NCBI RefSeq assembly: GCF_009914755.1
Contig: NC_060940.1
From: the human T2T-CHM13v2.0 reference genome, Homo sapiens
DNA length: 64,000 bases
Direction: 5' to 3' (one strand)
In this document: positions 57,201 to 64,000 of the stretch, one piece after another
Layout of the letters: each line of letters begins with the position of its first letter
How positions within the stretch are numbered: the first letter of the stretch is position 1
Notes under the pieces: model-generated
What the model saw: only the letters and a program-made list of their open reading frames with translations
Told to the model about the DNA's origin: nothing
Database searches by the model: none
Program-made: the position numbers and the translations under genes

Positions 57201-60200
57201 TCGATTCCTTTCGAAGATTATTCCATTTGAGTCCATTCGATGATGATTCCATTCCATTCCATTCGATGATTCCGTTTGATTCCATTCGATGATTCCCTTC
57301 GATTCCTTTCTTTGATGATTCCATTCCATTCCATTCAATGATTCCATTCGAATCTATTCCATGATGATTCCTTTCGATTCCATTCGCTGATGTTTCCGTT
57401 CAATTACATTCGATGATGATTCCATTCGATTCCATTCATTGAGGATTCCATTTGATTCCATTCAATGATGATTCCATTCTATTCCATTCAATGATTGCAT
57501 TCAATTCCATTCAATGATTATCCCATTAGAGTAAACTCAACGATTCCATTCAATACCATTCGATGATGATTCCTTTTGAGTCCATTCAATGATTTCATTC
57601 AAGTCCATTTGATGATTCCTTTCAATTCCATTCTATGATGATTCCATTCGAGTCCATTCGATGATTCCATTCGATTGCATTCGATGATTCCATTATATTC
57701 CATTCAACGGTGATTCCATTCGAGTCCATTCCATGATTCCATTAGAGTACATTTAATGATTGCTTTGTTTTCAATTCGAAGATGATTACATTGGATTCCA
57801 TTCTATGATACCATTCGATTCCATTCAATGATGATTCCACTCAAATCCATTGGATGATTCCATTCGTGTCCATTCGGTGATTTCATTAGATTCCATTCGA
57901 GGACGATTCCATTCGATTCCATTCGATGATTCCATTCAATTCCATTCGATGATGATTCCATTCCAGTCCATATGATCATTCCATTTGATTTCATTCGATG
58001 ATGATTCCATTCGATTCCATTCGACGATTCCATTCTATTCCATTCGATGATGATTCCATTCGAGTCCATTCGATCAATCCATTCGAGTCCATTTAATGAC
58101 TCCATTGGGTTCAATTCAATGATGATTACATTGGATTCCGTTCTATGATTCCATTCAATTCCGTTCATTGACAATTTGATTCCATTCGATGATGATTCCA
58201 TTTGAGTTCATTCGATGATTCTATTCGATTCTCTTCGATGGTGATTCAATTCTATTATATTGGATGATTCCATTCGATTCCATTTGATGTTGATTCAATT
58301 CGATTCTATTCGATGATGATTCCATTGGATTTCACTTGATGATTCTATTCGATTCCATTCAATGATGATTCACTTCTCGTCCATTGGATGATTCCATTTC
58401 ATTCCATTCGATGATGATTCCATTCGATTCCATTCGATGATTCCATTTGATTCCATGCGACGGTGAGCAATTCGATTCAATTCCATGATGATTCTATTTG
58501 ATTCAATTAGATGATGTTTCCATTCGAATCCATTCCATGATTATTCCATTGGAATCCATTCGGCGATGATTCCATATGAGTCAATTCAATGATGATTCCA
58601 TATGGGTCCGTTCGATGATAATTCCATTTGATTTCATTCGATGCTTCTATTCTATTCCAGTCGATGATGATTCCGTTGGAGTCCATACGATGATTCCATT
58701 TGATTTCATTTGATGATGATTCCATTCGATGATGATTACATTGGATTCCATTCTATGATTCCATTCAATTCCATTCGTTGATGATTCGATTCCCTTCAAT
58801 GATGATTCCACTTGAGTTCATTCGATGATTCTATTCGATTCCGTTCGATGGAGATTCAATTCTCTTATATTGGATGATTCCACTCGATTCCATTTGATGA
58901 TTATTCCATTGGAGTCCACTTAGTGAATCCTTTAGATTCTACTCGAAGATGATTCCATTCGAGTCCATTCGATGATACCATTCAATTCCATTCGTTGATG
59001 CTTCCATTCAAGTGCATTCGATGATATCATTCGATTCCATTTGATGATAATTCCATTTGATTCCATGCGATGATTCTATTCGATTCCATTCAATGATAAT
59101 TCCATTCAATTCAGTGATTCCTCTGGACTCCATTTGATGATGATTCCATTCAATGATTCCATTCGATTCTATTCGAAAATGATTCCATTTGAATCCATTT
59201 GATGATGATTCCATTAGATTCCATTTGATGATTCCATTCGATTCCATTCGACGATGATTCCATTCGATTCCGTTTGATGATTCCATTCTATTCTATTCGA
59301 TGATGATTCCATTCGATTCCATTCGATGATGATTGGATTCGATTCCATTTGATGATTTCATTTGATTCCATTCGTTAATGATTTCGATCAATTCCATTCG
59401 ATGATTCCATTCGATTCCATTCGATAATGATTACATCCGAGTCCATTCGATGATTCCATTTGAGCCTGTTCGATAATTCCATTTGAGTCCAACCAATGAT
59501 TCCATTCATTTCCATTCAATGATTCCATTCGAGTCCATTTGATCATTCCGGTTGGGTCCATTCGATGTTGATTCCATTGGAGTGCATTCGATGATTCCAT
59601 TCGAGTCCATTTTAGGATTTGATTCGAGTCCTTTCGATGATTCCATTCGATTCCACTCGATGATGATTTCATTCGAGTCCATTCGACACTTCCAATCGAT
59701 TCCATTTGATGATTCCATTCGAGTCCAATTGATGATTCCATTCAATTCCATTCGATGATGATTCCGTACGATTCCATTCTGTGATGATTCCTTGTGATTG
59801 CATTCAATGATGATTCCTTTCGATTGCATTCGATTATGATTCATTTCGTGTTCATTCTATGGTTCCACAGGTTTCCATTCGTGTCCATTCCATTATTCCA
59901 TTCTATTCCATTTGATGATGATTCCATTCGATTCCATTCATTGGTGATTCCACTCAATTCCATTCAATGATTCCATTCCATTTCTTTCAACAATGATTCC
60001 ATTAGTTTCTAATCGATGATCCACTTGATTCCATTTGACGACGATTCCATTCTTGTCCATTCGATGATTCCATTTGATTCCATATGATGATGATTCCATT
60101 CGATTCCATACCATGATGATTCCATTCGAGTCCATTCAATGGTGATTCCATTCAATTCCATTCGATGATTCCTTTTGATTCCATTCGATGATGATGGCAT

Positions 60201-60330
60201 TCGATTCCTTTCAATCATTCCCTTTGATTCCATTCAAAGGTGATTTCATTCAAGTCCATTCGATAATTGCATTCGATTCCATTCTATGATGATTCCATTC
60301 GAGTCCATTTGATGATTCCATTCAATTCAA
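54219..60330 (+). repeat. HOR unit 9, canonical 6,112 bp
   Basis: Landmarks at 54219 and 60331; ORF 54457 recurs at 60569. Confidence 0.95.
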
Positions 60331-63300
60331 GTCAATGATGATTCCATTCGATTCCATTCGATGATTCCATTGGATTCCATTCGATGATGATTCCATTCAA
60401 ATCCATTCGATAATTCAATTCAAGTCCATTCGATGATGATTCCAATCGAATCCATTCAAAGATTCCATTCAGTTCCATTCGATGATTCCCTTAGATTCCA
60501 TTCGATGATTCCACTTGATTGCATTTACGATGATTCCATTCGATTCCATGTGATGATTCCATTCAATTCTATTCAATGATGTCTCCATTTGATTCCATTC
60601 GACCATGATTGCCTTTGATTCCATTCAATGATTCCATTCGGTTCCGTTTGATGATGATTCCGTTCGATTCCATTTGATGATTCCATTTGATTCCATTGGA
60701 TGAGTCCATTCGATTACATTCGATGATTATTCCATTCGAGTGCATTAGATGATTCCATTCGAGTCCATTCGATGATTCCATTCGATTCCATTCGATGTTG
60801 ATTCTGTTCAAATCCATTCGATGATTCCACTCGATTCCATTCGTTGACTCCATTTGATCCCATTCGATGATTTCCTTTGATTCCCTTTGATGATCATTCC
60901 ATTTGATTCAATTCGGTGATTTCATTTGATTCCATTCAGTGATGTTTCCATTCGACTCCATTCGATGATGATTCCATTCGACTCCATTCGATTATGATTT
61001 CATTCAATTCCATTCGATAATGATTCCCTTCGAGTCCATTCGATGATTCCATTCGATTCCATTCAACGATGATTTGATTCGTGTCCATTCGATGATTCCA
61101 TTTGATTCCACTTGATGATGATTCCATTCGAGTCCATTTGATGATTCCATTCAATTCCATACTCCGATGATTTCTTTTGAGCCCACTCAATGCTTCCACT
61201 CGATTCCATATGATGATGACTCCATTCGATGAAATTCGATGATGATTCCATTCGCTTGCTTTCGATGATGATTCCACTTGAGTCCGTTAGAAGATTCTAT
61301 TCAATTACATTCCATGACGATTCCGTTCGAGTCCATTTGATGATTCCATTAGACTCCATTCGACGATGATTCCATTCGATGTTATTCGATGATTCCATTC
61401 GATCTCATTCGATGATGATTCCATTCAACTCCATTCGATGTTTCCATTCGAGTTCATTCTATTATTCCATTAGATTCCATTCGATGATGATTCCATTCGA
61501 TTCCATTTGATGATTGCATTCTATTTCATTTGATGATGATTCCATTCGAGTCCACTCGATGATTCCATTCGAGTCCATTTAATGAATCCATTGGTTTCAA
61601 TTCTATGATGATTACATTGGATTCCATTCGTTGATGATTTCATTCGGTTCCATTCAAGGATGATTCCATTCAATTCCTTTCAATGTTTCCATTCAATTCC
61701 ATACGATGATGATTCCATTTGATTTGATTCGACAGTGAGCCATTCGATTCAATTCCATGATGATTCTATTTGATTCAATTGGTTGACATTTCCATTCGAT
61801 TCCATTCGATGATGATTCCCTTTGATTCCGTTCAAAGATGATTCCATTCTAGCCCATTCAATCATTCCATTCGATTCTATTCAATGATGATTCCATTCAT
61901 GTCGATTTGGTGATTCCATTTGACTTCATTTGATGATGATTCCTTTCAAGTTCATTAGATGATTCCATTCGATTCCATTTGATGATGATCCCATTCGAGT
62001 CCATTCAGTGATTCCATTCGTTTCCATTCCATGATGATTCCATTCCTTTCCATTCAATGATTCCATTCGATTCCGTTTGATGATGATTTCATTCGAGTCC
62101 ATTTGATGATTCCATTTGATTCCATTCGATGATGATTCCATTCGAGTCCATTCGATGATTCTATTCGAATCCATTTGATGATTTCTTTTGATTATATTTG
62201 GTGATGATTCCATTGGAGTCCATTCAATGATTCCATTCGATTCCAATCGATGATGATTCCATTAGAGTCCATTTAATGATTCCATTTGATTCCAGTCTCT
62301 GATGATTACATTCGAGTCCATACGATGATTCCACTCAATTCCATATGATGATGATTCCATTTGATTCCATTCGGTGATTCCATTCTATTCTATTCAATGG
62401 TGATTCCATTCGAGTACATTAGATGATTCCATTCGATTCCATTCAATGATGATTCTATTTGTGTCCCTTAGATGATTCCACATGATTCCATTACATGATG
62501 ATACTATTTGAGCCCATCCAATGATTCCCTTCGATTCCATTCGATGAGGATTCCATTCGATTCAGTTCATTGGTGATTCTATTCAATTCAATTCTTTGAT
62601 TCCATTCCATTCCATTCGACAATGATTCCATTCGATTTCTTTCGATGATTCCACTCGATTCCACTTGACATTGATTCCCTTCGATTCCATTCAATGATTC
62701 CATTTGATTCCAGTGGATGATGATTGCCATCGATTCCATTCGATCACTCCATTCTATTCCATTTGATGATGATTACATTCGATTCCATTTGACGATTCCA
62801 TCTGATTCTATTCGAGGATTCCATTTGATTCCATTCGATGATGATTCCATTCGAGTCCATTCGATGATTTCATTCGAGTACATCCAATGATTCCATTCGA
62901 GTCCATTAGATGATTCCATTTGATTCCATTTGAAAATGATTCTACTAGAGTCCATTCAATGACTCCATTCGAGTCCATTCAACAATTCCATTCGACTCCA
63001 TTCGATGATTCCATTCGATTCCATTTGATGGTTCCATTCGATTCCATTTAATCATTACAGTCGAGTCCATTTGGTGATTCCACTGGATTTCTTTTGATAA
63101 TGATACCATTCAATTACATTTGATGATGATCCCATTCAATTTCATTTGATGATGATTCCATTAGAGTCCATTCGATGATTTCATTCGAGTCCCTTCATTG
63201 ATTCCATCCGATTTCATTGGATGATGACTCCATTCGAGTCCATTCGATGATTCCACTCGATTCCATTAGATGACTCCATTGGAGTCCATTTGATTGTTCC

Positions 63301-64000
63301 ATTCGATTCCATTCGATTCCTTTCGAAGATTATTCCATTTGAGTCCATTCGATGATGATTCCATTCCATTCCATTCGATGATTCCGTTTGATTCCATTCG
63401 ATGATTCCCTTCGATTCCTTTCTTTGATGATTCCATTCCATTCCATTCAATGATTCCATTCGAATCTATTCCATGATGATTCCTTTCGATTCCATTCGCT
63501 GATGTTTCCGTTCAATTACATTCGATGATGATTCCATTCGATTCCATTCATTGAGGATTCCATTTGATTCCATTCAATGATGATTCCATTCTATTCCATT
63601 CAATGATTGCATTCAATTCCATTCAATGATTATCCCATTAGAGTAAACTCAACGATTCCATTCAATACCATTCGATGATGATTCCTTTTGAGTCCATTCA
63701 ATGATTTCATTCAAGTCCATTTGATGATTCCTTTCAATTCCATTCTATGATGATTCCATTCGAGTCCATTCGATGATTCCATTCGATTGCATTCGATGAT
63801 TCCATTATATTCCATTCAACGGTGATTCCATTCGAGTCCATTCCATGATTCCATTAGAGTACATTTAATGATTGCTTTGTTTTCAATTCGAAGATGATTA
63901 CATTGGATTCCATTCTATGATACCATTCGATTCCATTCAATGATGATTCCACTCAAATCCATTGGATGATTCCATTCGTGTCCATTCGGTGATTTCATTA
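60331..64000 (+). repeat. HOR unit 10, partial (runs off the window)
   Basis: Colinear with unit 9 at +6112 (56379/62491, 57102/63214). Confidence 0.93.

Larger units (their letters stand above)
1..64000 (+). repeat. Human satellite II (HSat2/HSATII) pericentromeric tandem array, probably the HSat2B 6.1-kb HOR array (chr16q11.2-type)
   Basis: Continuous degenerate ATTCCATTCG/GAGTCCATTCG decamers separated by ATG/ATGATG (23/26-bp monomers) and very dense TCGA sites. Long (CATTC)n runs typical of HSat3 are absent. The exact 6,112-bp period shows in ORF offsets (13286, 19398, 25510; 54457, 60569). The chromosome/subfamily call rests on the recalled ~6.1-kb period. Confidence 0.97.

Noticed and set aside
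59552-59758. The only plus-strand ORF (68 aa)
   Set aside because: It arises from a single A>T change (GGTAGGG to GGTTGGG) in one unit, which removes a TAG and gives a TTG start. It is a chance ORF.
242-63459. Many 60-132 aa minus-strand ORFs (MESSNGIEWNH... repeats)
   Set aside because: They are translations of the GGAATCATC/GAATG satellite strand, which is poor in stop codons while the + strand is full of TGA. They overlap in several frames, gain and lose starts and stops freely between units, and show no domains or gene structure.
1-64000. CRISPR-like repeat/spacer array
   Set aside because: There are no unique spacers between conserved repeats and no cas genes or leader; the whole sequence is degenerate tandem satellite.
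1-64000. HSat3 or chr1 HSat2A 1.77-kb array assignment
   Set aside because: Runs of CATTC are at most 3-4 copies and ATG/ATGATG spacers are regular, which indicates HSat2. The dominant period is 6,112 bp, not ~1.77 kb.

Overview
The whole 64 kb is one uninterrupted, single-polarity array of human classical satellite II (HSat2/HSATII). It is built from degenerate 23/26-bp monomers of the form (ATTCCATTCG)2-(ATG)1-2, with the CATTC strand on +. The monomers form a 6,112-bp higher-order repeat (HOR), the period reported for the HSat2B array of chr16q11.2; that assignment is from recall, not a search. Phasing on the once-per-unit landmark AATTCAAGTCAATGATG gives unit starts at 1, 7029, 13048, 19160, 25272, 31580, 37692, 45703, 54219 and 60331 (lengths 7028, 6019, 6112, 6112, 6308, 6112, 8011, 8516, 6112, partial). 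I see no genes, RNA genes, transposons, inversions or CRISPR arrays, and the ORF track is a by-product of the GGAAT-rich strand. I cannot support a new protein-coding system. The interesting content is structural: a diverged, rearranged layer at 1-13 kb, an ~865-bp HSat2 segment foreign to the HOR, an out-of-register 8,011-bp duplication, a 2,404-bp register jump, recurrent 170-bp events, apparent long-range conversion patches and a once-per-HOR DUX4-type motif. Offsets come from ORF coordinates and manual alignment, so breakpoints are approximate within microhomology.
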